Origin: a virus
Strand: one strand, 5' to 3'
Virus record (IMG/VR): IMGVR_UViG_3300048672_001165
Coordinates: 1-64,000 of that record
DNA length: 64,000 nt
Positions 30,499-40,926 of the stretch are shown here, piece by piece; within the stretch, counting starts at the first letter, position 1, and each line of letters begins with the position of its first letter. The translations under genes were made by a program, and so were the position numbers. The notes beneath the pieces were generated by a model. That model worked only from the letters and a program-made list of their open reading frames with translations. It was not told the DNA's origin and did not search any database.

Positions 30499-32691
30499 AT
30501 GAGTAACACCACACAGTACTACCCACTGTACCAGCAAGCAACCCGGTCTTTAGTCAAGACCATGGTGATCAAATATGGTTCAGTGGCTGCAGCCTACAAC
30601 CTAGGGCTGCAAGAAAACAATCCGCGTGCCTATATTGACACTGCAGATGAACGCACCTGGCGTTATTATCAAAACATTGCGGGCATTTACCATACCACTG
30701 ATACGGTGATGGACGTCATCTCACTTGACACCAATACACCGATCACGTTTGATAAAACAACACTTCAAACGCATCCCCAAACAAAAGAAGCTTACCTCTT
30801 TGGTTCAGCGCTCCATGCTGAACTCATCAGTAAGTATCCTCAGCAAATCAATTTGATCTTAGGTATTTTATATGCCCCTGATCGAACCTCTTTCATTGAT
30901 GAGGTTGTCAATGCCGCTGATGGTACCTTGCTGTACTTTGATACACGCTTTGTAGAGCCTCAAGAACATAGCCTCATCTATACGCTGCAGCAGTGGCTCT
31001 ACAGTTACACTAAGCGCTGGTACAATGCCGACTACGCTCGCATTGATAACCTCTACATGGCTGACTTCATGTGGAAGCTGTCATACCACGTGGCTCAAAA
31101 ACTCTACACAGTCAGGCAAAAGAACTCCAAGACTGAACAAGCTCACACGTTCTACGTGAGGCAATACTTAGCAAGCCATGGTGCACTTGACCTGTATATG
31201 GATTTGCTCACCCAAGAGCAAATCATTTTCCTCTACAGAAATATTCTCTATATTGAAAACCACTCAGGAAGACAAGAAGTCTTCTACTGGCTGGTAGAGA
31301 ACTTGATGACGGTGAGAAACCTGCCTCTATTTGAGTACAAAGTCAATCACAATCTCTTCTATCAAATCCCCAGCGTGGATAACAACGGCAGTGAGTCGTT
31401 TACACCTGTGCCTTACTTTAAGCGTAAAGCCATTAATTTTACAGAGTTGGCTCTGGCAGGTGCAGAAGTGTCTTACCCGGCTATGTTGGCTAAGCTAGAC
31501 GCTGCTAATGAACACAATGCTCGCTACCACGTTGACCACTATAGCGACATCTATAAAAAGCTAGTCTACTCTAAATCTAGCGTCATCCGCACTAAGATCC
31601 TAGAGTCTACGCTAGTCGACAACAGTAAAGCAGTGCCTTATCCTTTGGAGGACATGCTAGTCAACCACTGGATGGCTTGGGCTTGTCAAGGGGTCTATAC
31701 CGCTCGCGCTACCCTCAGACTTCCTGGTACCAAGAAAGATTATACGCTTTCAGCAGAAGAGCTGCTGGTGCTGATGGTGTACTCAGAAGCCAAGCTGCTA
31801 GGCACAACGCTCACCACCATTCCTACGTTTTATGCTAGCCGCGTCATTCGCCCTGTTGCACCCACATTGCAAGAGCTACAAAGCGTAGTGAGTTCTTCGT
31901 TTGTAGAAGATGCTCTACTGACTCAAGTGTTGTCCACTTGGCGCGCAACAACGCCTATAACCAGCGTGAATCAATTCTACCAAAAGGTGTCTGAATTGTG
32001 TTTACAAACACTGGTTCACCACAAACTGACCTACGGGCAAGGTAATCAAAACGCTAAAGTCCAAATGCAAATTGCATGCAGCAGGCTGTTTGAAGATGTC
32101 AATCTCAGCAGTCAATACACAGGTCAAACGTACGATTCTTTCTTGACGACTCGTGGTTTAGCAGATGACTACTTTACGACTACAACATCTGTAGACCTCA
32201 AGAATGCAATTGTGGACTTGATCTCCAACTACCAGCTTAATGCGTCTTCAACGCAAAAAGCCGTGCAACGAGCCATGATCAAGATCTTCTCACAACTCAC
32301 GTCTTATTCGACGCTGATTGTGGGCGACATGCTTGATACCGCTATTGACAGCGGGCAAGGTCTGCTCACAGGTGTACAACAATGGGTAGGTGGTGGATTA
32401 GACCACCAAGCTGTTCGTGTTTATCCCCTCAATGAGTTTACCAACGACGCTAGCGCAGCCGATAGAAACATCGTTGAGGTAGAAGCTTTAGTCGCCAACA
32501 TCCGCTCTTCTGCTAGCAGTAATCAACAAACACTTGACCTACCAGTGACCACTGTGACGCAACAATCTATCACAGGTGTACAGCGCATGTGGGTAGACAA
32601 CAACATTCCGACGGTCTTGAGTCTAGGCGACTATTATGACCAATACGATTTACTGAGCCCTGCTCAGAAGCAAGTCCTTTACCAAGCGTAA
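30499..32691 (+). CDS. Virion structural/baseplate protein (phiKZ gp128-like)
   Basis: TWRYYQNIAG.YH.TD, YLASHG.LD and FLYRNI.YI..HSG motifs; divergent from the portal gene. Confidence 0.7.
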   Translation: MSNTTQYYPLYQQATRSLVKTMVIKYGSVAAAYNLGLQENNPRAYIDTADERTWRYYQNIAGIYHTTDTVMDVISLDTNTPITFDKTTLQTHPQTKEAYLFGSALHAELISKYPQQINLILGILYAPDRTSFIDEVVNAADGTLLYFDTRFVEPQEHSLIYTLQQWLYSYTKRWYNADYARIDNLYMADFMWKLSYHVAQKLYTVRQKNSKTEQAHTFYVRQYLASHGALDLYMDLLTQEQIIFLYRNILYIENHSGRQEVFYWLVENLMTVRNLPLFEYKVNHNLFYQIPSVDNNGSESFTPVPYFKRKAINFTELALAGAEVSYPAMLAKLDAANEHNARYHVDHYSDIYKKLVYSKSSVIRTKILESTLVDNSKAVPYPLEDMLVNHWMAWACQGVYTARATLRLPGTKKDYTLSAEELLVLMVYSEAKLLGTTLTTIPTFYASRVIRPVAPTLQELQSVVSSSFVEDALLTQVLSTWRATTPITSVNQFYQKVSELCLQTLVHHKLTYGQGNQNAKVQMQIACSRLFEDVNLSSQYTGQTYDSFLTTRGLADDYFTTTTSVDLKNAIVDLISNYQLNASSTQKAVQRAMIKIFSQLTSYSTLIVGDMLDTAIDSGQGLLTGVQQWVGGGLDHQAVRVYPLNEFTNDASAADRNIVEVEALVANIRSSASSNQQTLDLPVTTVTQQSITGVQRMWVDNNIPTVLSLGDYYDQYDLLSPAQKQVLYQA

Positions 32692-32727
32692 TTTTCTTTT
32701 TTAGTTCTGACAAGGAGTCAGTTTGTT

Positions 32728-33582
32728 ATGCAAAACGTCGTTCCCACCATCCTGGCTGCAGCTCTGCAAAGTGCTCTGTACATGGGTAAAACTCATGTCA
32801 TCGAAGCCAACACCACCCTCAATGAAAAGCTGGGCATCCTGCCTGGTACGCTGCCTCCCAACGGTGTCAACCCTATCCTGGGCTATCTGGCTATTGGCTT
32901 TGGCGGCCACCGCTTTACTGCTGGTGCAAACGGAATCGGCTTCCCCCAACCATACCAGCACGAAGCCACTGACTTTGCCCTGTTCGATCAAACCCCTTTC
33001 GTTTTGCGTGCGCTGAACAACGACTTGGACGCTCCGACGCGCGCCAAGTACGCAGGTCGAAAGATCATGACGGTTGGTGGTGTGGACTATATTGCTTACA
33101 TGCTGCGCCGCATTGACCTGACCAACGCGACCATTGTTTCCAAGATCCGCACCGCGACCGGTCAAGCAGCTCCCGCCTATACGGAAGTGACGTTTACGCC
33201 GTCCGCCAGCAACCTCTCGCCTACACCGCAAGTGATCAGCCCGACGGGCGCCAATGTCATTTCACCCGACTCGGTGGTGGCTACTGCTCCTGCATCGATT
33301 GGCATGACAGCCGACGAGGCAGCCGAATACGTCAATGCCATCAGCATTCTGACGGGTGACCCGAACCTAGCCATCATTTCTGAAATGGCGCTGTGTTCGG
33401 GCGTAGACAAGTCTATCACCATCACCACTGGCGGTGCTACCGTGGCATTCAACGAAGCCATCGGTGTGCAAATCAATCATCACCTGGCCGTGTTCTATTC
33501 AATGGTCTATACCAACCAAGGTATCAGCAAGGTGGTGGATCTGGGCGCTAACTCGCCACTGTACAACCTGACGCCGGCATAA
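32728..33582 (+). CDS. Virion structural (baseplate) protein (284 aa)
   Basis: NTTLNEKLGI, Y.AIG.GGH, PFVLR.L.NDL and AIISE.ALCSGVDK motifs typical of a phiKZ-like structural family. Confidence 0.7.
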   Translation: MQNVVPTILAAALQSALYMGKTHVIEANTTLNEKLGILPGTLPPNGVNPILGYLAIGFGGHRFTAGANGIGFPQPYQHEATDFALFDQTPFVLRALNNDLDAPTRAKYAGRKIMTVGGVDYIAYMLRRIDLTNATIVSKIRTATGQAAPAYTEVTFTPSASNLSPTPQVISPTGANVISPDSVVATAPASIGMTADEAAEYVNAISILTGDPNLAIISEMALCSGVDKSITITTGGATVAFNEAIGVQINHHLAVFYSMVYTNQGISKVVDLGANSPLYNLTPA

Positions 33583-33636
33583 AGCCGCCTAAGAGTAGTA
33601 CCTGATAAAAGGTACTACTCTGACTACTTACTTTAA

Positions 33637-34263
33637 ATGACATCCCACATGCTTTATTTACCTCCCCATGAACAAACAGATCTTTGTATTATAGGCATTG
33701 ATCCAGGTAGTGAAACCTTAGGTGTTTGTGAACTCAGGTTCACACCACAAAACTACCAAGTCACCGCAATTAAACCGTTCACGTTTCATGCCAGCAAGTT
33801 AGAGTTTAACTTGCAATTTTTTGAAGTCCACGGTAACCGCCTTCAACGCATCTTTGCGCTACAGCAAGCACTGACTCATCTATTTACTCAGCTCAGACCC
33901 AGCGTCATCGGCTCAGAGTCACCGTTTATGAGTATTCGACGACCACAAGCGTATGGCGCTTTAGTGGAAGTTGTGTGTGCTATTCAGCAAGCTGTTGTGA
34001 ACTATAACCCGTATCAATCGTTGCATATGGTTGAACCCCCTCGGGTAAAGAATGCCGTCGGTGCTAAAGGTAACGCAGATAAAGATGCGGTACGTTCAGC
34101 GATGAGTCAAAACATAGAGATCATGTCAACGCTACAAACCCCTTTATCATCTCTGGATGAACACAGCGTGGATGCCACGGCTGTGGCTTATTCCATCTTG
34201 CAAAGTTATCGCACGCCTGCTTGTGTAGACATGTCTACGCAAGTGGCCCCGTTTTCGTATTAG
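33637..34263 (+). CDS. ruvC: RuvC-like Holliday junction resolvase
   Basis: IIGIDPG, GSESPF, VKNAVGAKGNADKD and EHSVDATAVA catalytic motifs. Confidence 0.85.
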   Translation: MTSHMLYLPPHEQTDLCIIGIDPGSETLGVCELRFTPQNYQVTAIKPFTFHASKLEFNLQFFEVHGNRLQRIFALQQALTHLFTQLRPSVIGSESPFMSIRRPQAYGALVEVVCAIQQAVVNYNPYQSLHMVEPPRVKNAVGAKGNADKDAVRSAMSQNIEIMSTLQTPLSSLDEHSVDATAVAYSILQSYRTPACVDMSTQVAPFSY

Positions 34264-34296
34264 GTCTTCTTCTAAATCTTTTCAAAGTCTGCCATC

Positions 34297-35013
34297 ATGA
34301 ACGCCCCCGTGTATGCCCACATCCCTGAAACTCACCTCAAGCCTCTGCGCCCCGAAGACCTGCGTCGTCGCGCCCCGCTGGTGGGTGCAAGCGGGCATCG
34401 CTATGGCGACATGACCCTCAACCCCCACTTCCACGATCTCGTGGCAGGTGGCCCGGTGATGCTGTTTCGCCGCATGCCCAAAGCTGCCAACTTCTACCAC
34501 GACCCAGACTGCGAGTGGTACAAGATCATGGGTCAAGCTTTGATCAAGCATTCGGTCCGTGTGAAGTTTGACCCCTATATCCTGTTCGCCCTTTTCATGA
34601 ATTTTATCCTTGCAAAGCTTTTCATGTTGAAGCAAAACCAACAAAACATCCTGGCCTACGTTGTGACCGCTTTCTTCCTCACCGTCACGTACATGTTTGG
34701 CCTGAACCAAGCTGACATCCAAACTCAACAACAAGTGACTATCGGTCAAATGCAGATGCAAGCAGAACGTGCTGCTGCGACACTGCAAATCAAAGAAACA
34801 GTCATTGACCAACAAGACAAGCAGCTGCGTTTAGCAGGACAAAACATCGACGAGTTGTCCAAGAAAATGGCTCAACTTGAAGCTGATGTGAAACAAGCCC
34901 AGGCGACTCAACTCAGGATGATGCAGGACATGACGGCTGCATTACTCTCAGGTGAACCCGATGCCCGCCTCAAGAAAAAGATGAGGTCATACATTCGGTC
35001 TCCACAGAGTTGA
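34297..35013 (+). CDS. Membrane-anchored coiled-coil protein (238 aa)
   Basis: Soluble N-domain, two hydrophobic segments, Q-rich coiled coil. Confidence 0.6.
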   Translation: MNAPVYAHIPETHLKPLRPEDLRRRAPLVGASGHRYGDMTLNPHFHDLVAGGPVMLFRRMPKAANFYHDPDCEWYKIMGQALIKHSVRVKFDPYILFALFMNFILAKLFMLKQNQQNILAYVVTAFFLTVTYMFGLNQADIQTQQQVTIGQMQMQAERAAATLQIKETVIDQQDKQLRLAGQNIDELSKKMAQLEADVKQAQATQLRMMQDMTAALLSGEPDARLKKKMRSYIRSPQS

Positions 35014-35052
35014 CCTCGACAAAAATATTTATCCACTCAAAAGGTCTCACCG

Positions 35053-35331
35053 ATGCCCAGAGAACACTATCCACAAACTGATACAGACTTTGACCGCACG
35101 GTAGGGTACGAGCAAGAAAAAGCTCGTATCCGTAAATCCGAGCTGCTTTGGAGGTTTCTCCTAAAGAGCGGTTTTGTAGCTATGATTTTTATCTTCAGTA
35201 TCATCACTATCGTTATTGTTTTGGAGTATGTTCATCCAGCTCAACCTTCTGCTTCTAAACAAATGCTGGACATTGTGTCGCAATTGTTGGACATCGTGAA
35301 GGTCATGTTCACACTTTCTGTAGATTCATAA
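35053..35331 (+). CDS. Small membrane protein, holin-like topology (92 aa)
   Basis: One strong TM helix plus a C-terminal amphipathic helix. Confidence 0.55.
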   Translation: MPREHYPQTDTDFDRTVGYEQEKARIRKSELLWRFLLKSGFVAMIFIFSIITIVIVLEYVHPAQPSASKQMLDIVSQLLDIVKVMFTLSVDS

Positions 35332-35341
35332 AAGGACACGC

Positions 35342-36019
35342 ATGTCACGTCGCACACTAGGCGCTTTGGCGCGAGAAGCTTTTGCTCGTGAAGAAGAGGC
35401 TGACGGCACTCGCCAGTTTGAAATTGAATATGTGTACTACGGCAAGATCATTGATCCGGCTATTCTAGACCGAGCAACGCTTGTTGAAGACCAAGAACAG
35501 TGGGAAATTAAGATTCCCAAAACAGACAAGAACGCCACAAGTGGGCGCCAGCGTATACGCAAAGTCCACACGGTCACCAACTCTACTGTATCGCCGACTC
35601 CTAAGTACGAACTCACCACCAAGATTCAACTTGAGCAAGCAGACCCCAGTGGCCAAAACCGTCCCAACGTCGAAACTGAAATTACGGTGGAAGCCAGCCC
35701 GGCTTTGTTTGAAGTTTACGAACGAATGGCTGAATGCGGTATGCACAAGCGCCGCTACACCGTTCCCATTCCCAACTCCGATCTGTCTTGGCAGATCGAT
35801 CGCTTCTACCAAGCGGATGGCACATTGTCCGCGTGGTGCAAAATCGACATCGAAGTCAAACGCCGTGATCAAGCGATCCCTCAAGAAGTCCCAGGCCTTG
35901 ACCACCTGATCACCAATCAAAAAGGTTTTCAAACCGATGAAGAGCGCGCTCAAATTCAAGAACTGTACACCAGCGTCTTTTTGATGCAAAACAAGTTTGT
36001 GCGAGCAGTTGCCGCTTAA
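35342..36019 (+). CDS. CYTH / triphosphate tunnel metalloenzyme-like protein
   Basis: Ordered motifs EIE, QEQ, RQRIRK, YELTTK, ETE, KRRY, WQIDRF and IDIEV match the CYTH motif order; AAGGA RBS. Confidence 0.7.
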   Translation: MSRRTLGALAREAFAREEEADGTRQFEIEYVYYGKIIDPAILDRATLVEDQEQWEIKIPKTDKNATSGRQRIRKVHTVTNSTVSPTPKYELTTKIQLEQADPSGQNRPNVETEITVEASPALFEVYERMAECGMHKRRYTVPIPNSDLSWQIDRFYQADGTLSAWCKIDIEVKRRDQAIPQEVPGLDHLITNQKGFQTDEERAQIQELYTSVFLMQNKFVRAVAA

Positions 36020-36232
36020 GGCAGCTGATCTTTCTTCCAAGAGGACTACATCACTTGGCCTATACTGCTCAGGTGTGTAGTTCTCTTTGACCGGGCTTTT
36101 ATGCCGCTTCATAATTTGACCTTACCTTTTGAGGGTAAGATGTATGCTCAAAACCACTCACCTCACAGCGTGGTTTTGAGTGACGCTAGACTCACGACTA
36201 TTCATTTGTTTTAGACCCTAAAGGACTTCTCA

Positions 36233-37723
36233 ATGACGCTCGCTTTTGATCCGACAGGCCAATCTGCAGCCAACCTGATCATGTCGGAACAAGTGGTTCC
36301 GACGCTGCTGAGTAACGGCTACTCATTTTCTTACGCCATTCTTGCAAATGCGCCAGCTATTGGAGACAGCATTCGCATCAAGGTAGCTTCTGTTGCGAAT
36401 GCTGCCAACTACAAAATCTTGAACATGGGTGTGGACTATGAACCAGCATTTGCTTTCCAAGCAGCCATGGGTAAAACCAATCTGCCTGTGTATGGCGGTG
36501 TGCGGTTTATCAATACTGCACTGAGTACGCTGATTGGCTCTACAGGCGTGGCACTGGGCGCGTATATTGTTTATGTGACATACCAGTCGATGGGGGGTAA
36601 CTTTGCAGCGTCCCCGATTCAAATGGCAGCTATCTTGGCAGCCAATAAAAATACTGACCCCACGGTTGTGACATGGGAAGGTGCGTTCGCCAGCATCAAC
36701 TTGTCTCTTGCGACAATGCCTGCGAGTGACTATGCTTGGCAGCTGGCTAATGTTGATACCGTCAAAAACGCTATTGCTGAGCTGGAAAAGCTAGGCTTGG
36801 TCGTACACATGCGACCTCGCTTTCTTTCTCAACCTAACCAAACGGTTTACATTCCAACCGCTCAAGAAGTGGGCCTTGGTAATGTCAGCAACTTCCCCGT
36901 GGCTACCCAAGCACAAGCCCGTACAGGTCACGCCCAAAGCTACATGACGCCTGAGCGTACGGTCGACGCGGTGGTCTATCAGCTCACGCAGCTGCTGGCG
37001 TCGATGGGCTACAACGTCCCTATCACCTACACTGCGGGACTGCCTGTCAGTAACCCGTCTACCAGTTACCTCTATGATGGTAACATTTACGTGATGCGCC
37101 AAGGCGTTGCTCCTTTTACCAGCAGCGGCACGTTTGAGTATAACAGGTTTGTGACCATTGCTTCTCTGGTGCGTGATACGTGGCAAGCTGTCACCTATAC
37201 AGTCACAGGCGCTGAAAATCTCGGCCCTTCTGGAGAAACGCTTGCTCCGCTAGGCACCAACATCACAACCCGCTGCCATCTGCACGCCATCCTCAACTAC
37301 AACATCGAGTTGGTGGAAGGTGAAGAAGTTCACCTGGACGGCAATACCCTGGTCATCACGTTCCCAGTCGTTGCTGGGGATGTGATCAAAGTCATCTATA
37401 AACCCATCAAGTCTAAGCAGTCTGACGATGTGAATGTTTACCGCACGTTCAAAGTCACAGCTGCAGGTCAACAGGTCTTTCAAGTCGGTAATCTACAAAC
37501 TGCGTCGACCAGTGACTACCGCGTCACTGTCAATGATTGGTTGATCCTAGACCCTGCTCAAGGGCAATACACTCTGACCAACCAGGGCGGCATATTGGGC
37601 TACGCCCTCAACCTCGCTTACCCTCTTCAGGTAGGGGACGTGATTGAGTTTGAAAATGAAGACTCACTGCCCAGCATGGGTAAACAAGCGTTGCGCGCTG
37701 TGTTGCTGGCTCGTACTCTTTAA
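36233..37723 (+). CDS. Virion structural/baseplate-fibre adaptor protein (496 aa)
   Basis: N-terminal FDPTG...NL..E domain; VGLGNVSNFPVAT and YMTP.RT tail-fibre-type repeat. Confidence 0.7.
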   Translation: MTLAFDPTGQSAANLIMSEQVVPTLLSNGYSFSYAILANAPAIGDSIRIKVASVANAANYKILNMGVDYEPAFAFQAAMGKTNLPVYGGVRFINTALSTLIGSTGVALGAYIVYVTYQSMGGNFAASPIQMAAILAANKNTDPTVVTWEGAFASINLSLATMPASDYAWQLANVDTVKNAIAELEKLGLVVHMRPRFLSQPNQTVYIPTAQEVGLGNVSNFPVATQAQARTGHAQSYMTPERTVDAVVYQLTQLLASMGYNVPITYTAGLPVSNPSTSYLYDGNIYVMRQGVAPFTSSGTFEYNRFVTIASLVRDTWQAVTYTVTGAENLGPSGETLAPLGTNITTRCHLHAILNYNIELVEGEEVHLDGNTLVITFPVVAGDVIKVIYKPIKSKQSDDVNVYRTFKVTAAGQQVFQVGNLQTASTSDYRVTVNDWLILDPAQGQYTLTNQGGILGYALNLAYPLQVGDVIEFENEDSLPSMGKQALRAVLLARTL

Positions 37724-37747
37724 TCTTTTTAATAGAAAGTCTGTTCA

Positions 37748-40700
37748 ATGACAACCTATAGCCAACGAAGCCGAGACGGCCAGCCGTACGATTTCCCCCA
37801 AGGTTTTTCCCTAGGCGGCGTCAGTCTAGACGCAGATGACAGTACACGGTCTATCGGCCTACAAGTCCCGGGTCAAGATGCGACCACGCTTTATACGTGG
37901 CTGGTACAAACCAGGCAACGCCTGAGCGCTGCACAACAAACACTTCCCTTTGCAACGCAGCAACAAATAACAGAAGGTGTCAGCAACGCTTTGTTGATCA
38001 GCCCGGCTTCTCTTAAGCAAGCGCTGGCTAGCCTCATTGGTGTAGCGCCTGTAGCGCTCGACAGCTTGGCAGAGTTTGCCGCAGCCATCGGAAATGATCC
38101 TAACTTGTCAACCACGGTTGATTCACAACTGGCTCAAAAGCTCAGTCTTTTAGGATCGACTGCAACCGGTCTGGCTGAAACACCGACACCAACCACCAAC
38201 CTCAATAAAGCACAAGCCATCAACATCGAGTATTTGCTTGCTAAAATTGATGAAGCTCTGCTCAGTCTGAAAGCGTTGCCGAGTGCGCCTACACTGGACG
38301 GCTTAAGCCTAGCATTGATTGGTCAGACCTATACGCTTAACATGTCTGCTACCGCAGGTAGTGGCTTGACAATTGCTAGCTTTAATGTGCTGATCAACGG
38401 TGGTAACTTACAAACGGTAGCTGCCACCAACGGCGCCGGTGTTCTTCAATGGACTGTCGTTGGTACTGAAAACCAAACGCTTACTTTCAGTGTCGTGGCA
38501 GTTGATAACCGTGGCCGTACGGGCCCGTCTGCGACCCTGCAAGCCACCGCCACTGCAACAGCTATTTATACGCCTACCTTTGTCAGCCCTGCTCAGGATA
38601 ACCAAGGTGGTCTATCTCCTCACCTGACCATTGAAACCAGTGCGTTCAGCTCCCCGTTTGTGAGCCAAACCCACGCCGCCACTGATTGGGCCATCATCAA
38701 TGTGTCTACAGGACAAGTGGACTGGCAGGCTTTAGCTGATACGGCTAACCTCACCACCCGAGCAATACCTCGCACGTATCTTAAGAACGCTACGCAGTAT
38801 ACCATCACGGTGCGTTACATCAGTGCATCAGGTCAGACCTCAAGCTGGGGAACGCTACACTTTGGCACTGCTGCTTCTCAAGCAGCGCCCTCGTCCGTGG
38901 CTGGTTTTGGATATGCCCTACCCGGCGAAAACTACGCTGCCACAGTCACGGCTGTGGCCTCTACTGCACTGGATACCACCATTGAGAGTTACTACTACTC
39001 TGTGGATAATGGTGTTACCAAGTTACCTAATTTGCTTGGTTCAGTCAACAATGTCATTGCGGCAGGATCAGACTTGACAGGTCTTTCTGGAACCATTGAC
39101 ATCCTCTTTTATGTTTACCGAAACTACTCTGGGTTTTCTCTGCCAGTTGCTAAATCGGTGGTAGTGGGCCAAACAACTGCTGGAGCTTTCCTGTTTCCTA
39201 CAGAAGGCTTGACGGGGGTGAGTCAACACCCCACATTCACAGTGAGTTCATACACCAGCAACATCCCAACCGATAGTCACTTGTCCAGTACCTGGACAGT
39301 CACGGATGTAGCTTCTAATGAAGTCATTGATGAAATCCACAATAGTGTTTCTGCAAAAAACGCTTGGAGCCCCGTTGGGTTGACGGCAGGTACACAGTAC
39401 CGCGTATCGTGTATTCAGCACGGTACCATCTTTGTAGGCCTACCTGCCGTCACTGTGACGTGTACGACCACGACGACACCTGAGGCTTACTTGCCCAGCC
39501 AGGTCATTTCCACCACCAGTGAAAATAACGCCCAGATGGGCTTTAGTTTGTCGACCAATCAAGACGGCTCGTTGTTTGTTGCAGGTATTCCTGCTGCAAC
39601 CATGTACACGTTCAGTACACCACACACCAACAGTGGCGCTGTTGATTTCATTAATACCGCCCTGGCGACGTCCATTAGAACCATGTATGGTCTTAGTACG
39701 GACATCAATACGCCGATCATATACACGGGTTTAGCATCCGGCATGAATGTGTTTGGTAACGTCATGGTGTACAACACGCGTTTGCCTAACATTGTCATTG
39801 CCGGACGCAATTCATCAGGTACCATGGTGAGTACCTCTGACGTCTTGAACAGCGCCATCACGACTGGTGCGGATGGGTTGGCATTTGTCAAGGGTTTTGC
39901 ACAAACAGATATGGGTATTGACTTTGCTGTGAGTTCTGCAGCAGGTATCCAGTGGTTCCAAAACTCCTCTCTGGCAGCGACCACCAGACCGTTCTTGTTG
40001 TCCAGCACAATTCCTCAAGACCCGCTGGGGTTGGGGATGTCGCTACAGAGTTATGGAGATAGTCTTTCCATCAGCGGAGATGGTAATCGCCTTGCTGTGA
40101 GTCTTCGTTGGGGTATCAATACCAACGTGGCCAGCCTGGTTGGGTTTGCCGTTTACGACTACAACTCAACCAACAATACGTGGTCTTCTCCTGTGATTAA
40201 AACAGGTATTGTCATGGGGGCGTGGAACTTACCCACTGAGTTCAGTGCCAGCAACTGGATGCAAATGAGCCGTGATGGTAAAGTCATTGCACTGGGTAAC
40301 CCATGTAAGTTGTCTAACAATACAGGTAAAGGCGCTATCCAGTTTTGGGTCAGTGACCGAGGCTCTGACCTTTCAGGTGAGACCTGGACACTCCAGCAAA
40401 CCCTGGAAGACGCTAGAGGCGATGCCATTGATGGCGGCATGTTTGGTTATAGCTTGGCCTTGTCATCTAACGGCAGTGTGCTGGTTGCAGCTTGTGCGGG
40501 TTATTTGAACGACAACGGCTGCGGTCGCGTAGACTTGCTGCTGCGCACAACCCCGACCTCACAAAGCTGGCGTCAAAAGAATTACTCCATGGTGCCGACG
40601 GCAATCAATCCTGCTGAATTGACCAATGCTCACGTGGGCTCTGCCTTGACGATAAGTGCAGATGGTCGGGTAGCCATGGCGTCTCATTTGAAATACAACG

Positions 40701-40834
40701 CAGGGTGCGGTGCTGCGCTGGTGTGGAATTTACCTTCCAGCATGATCACCCCTTACAGAGATGCTGGATTAGACAGCATCCCCAGTAACACCACTGAAGT
40801 GAACAATTTTGTGACTCGCGTGTCACAGATCTAA
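37748..40834 (+). CDS. Tail fibre/RBP paralogue 1 (1028 aa)
   Basis: LDSLAEFAAAIGNDPN fibre motif, Ig/FN3-like repeats, C-terminal S.DG..LAV propeller repeats. Confidence 0.75.
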   Translation: MTTYSQRSRDGQPYDFPQGFSLGGVSLDADDSTRSIGLQVPGQDATTLYTWLVQTRQRLSAAQQTLPFATQQQITEGVSNALLISPASLKQALASLIGVAPVALDSLAEFAAAIGNDPNLSTTVDSQLAQKLSLLGSTATGLAETPTPTTNLNKAQAINIEYLLAKIDEALLSLKALPSAPTLDGLSLALIGQTYTLNMSATAGSGLTIASFNVLINGGNLQTVAATNGAGVLQWTVVGTENQTLTFSVVAVDNRGRTGPSATLQATATATAIYTPTFVSPAQDNQGGLSPHLTIETSAFSSPFVSQTHAATDWAIINVSTGQVDWQALADTANLTTRAIPRTYLKNATQYTITVRYISASGQTSSWGTLHFGTAASQAAPSSVAGFGYALPGENYAATVTAVASTALDTTIESYYYSVDNGVTKLPNLLGSVNNVIAAGSDLTGLSGTIDILFYVYRNYSGFSLPVAKSVVVGQTTAGAFLFPTEGLTGVSQHPTFTVSSYTSNIPTDSHLSSTWTVTDVASNEVIDEIHNSVSAKNAWSPVGLTAGTQYRVSCIQHGTIFVGLPAVTVTCTTTTTPEAYLPSQVISTTSENNAQMGFSLSTNQDGSLFVAGIPAATMYTFSTPHTNSGAVDFINTALATSIRTMYGLSTDINTPIIYTGLASGMNVFGNVMVYNTRLPNIVIAGRNSSGTMVSTSDVLNSAITTGADGLAFVKGFAQTDMGIDFAVSSAAGIQWFQNSSLAATTRPFLLSSTIPQDPLGLGMSLQSYGDSLSISGDGNRLAVSLRWGINTNVASLVGFAVYDYNSTNNTWSSPVIKTGIVMGAWNLPTEFSASNWMQMSRDGKVIALGNPCKLSNNTGKGAIQFWVSDRGSDLSGETWTLQQTLEDARGDAIDGGMFGYSLALSSNGSVLVAACAGYLNDNGCGRVDLLLRTTPTSQSWRQKNYSMVPTAINPAELTNAHVGSALTISADGRVAMASHLKYNAGCGAALVWNLPSSMITPYRDAGLDSIPSNTTEVNNFVTRVSQI

Positions 40835-40926
40835 CTCTGCGGCATAAAACCACACTCGCGGCGAGAGGGCTAAAAAACCCTCTCGCCTTTTATATCGCTT
40901 TTTTCTTTTTACATCACTTCAACATC

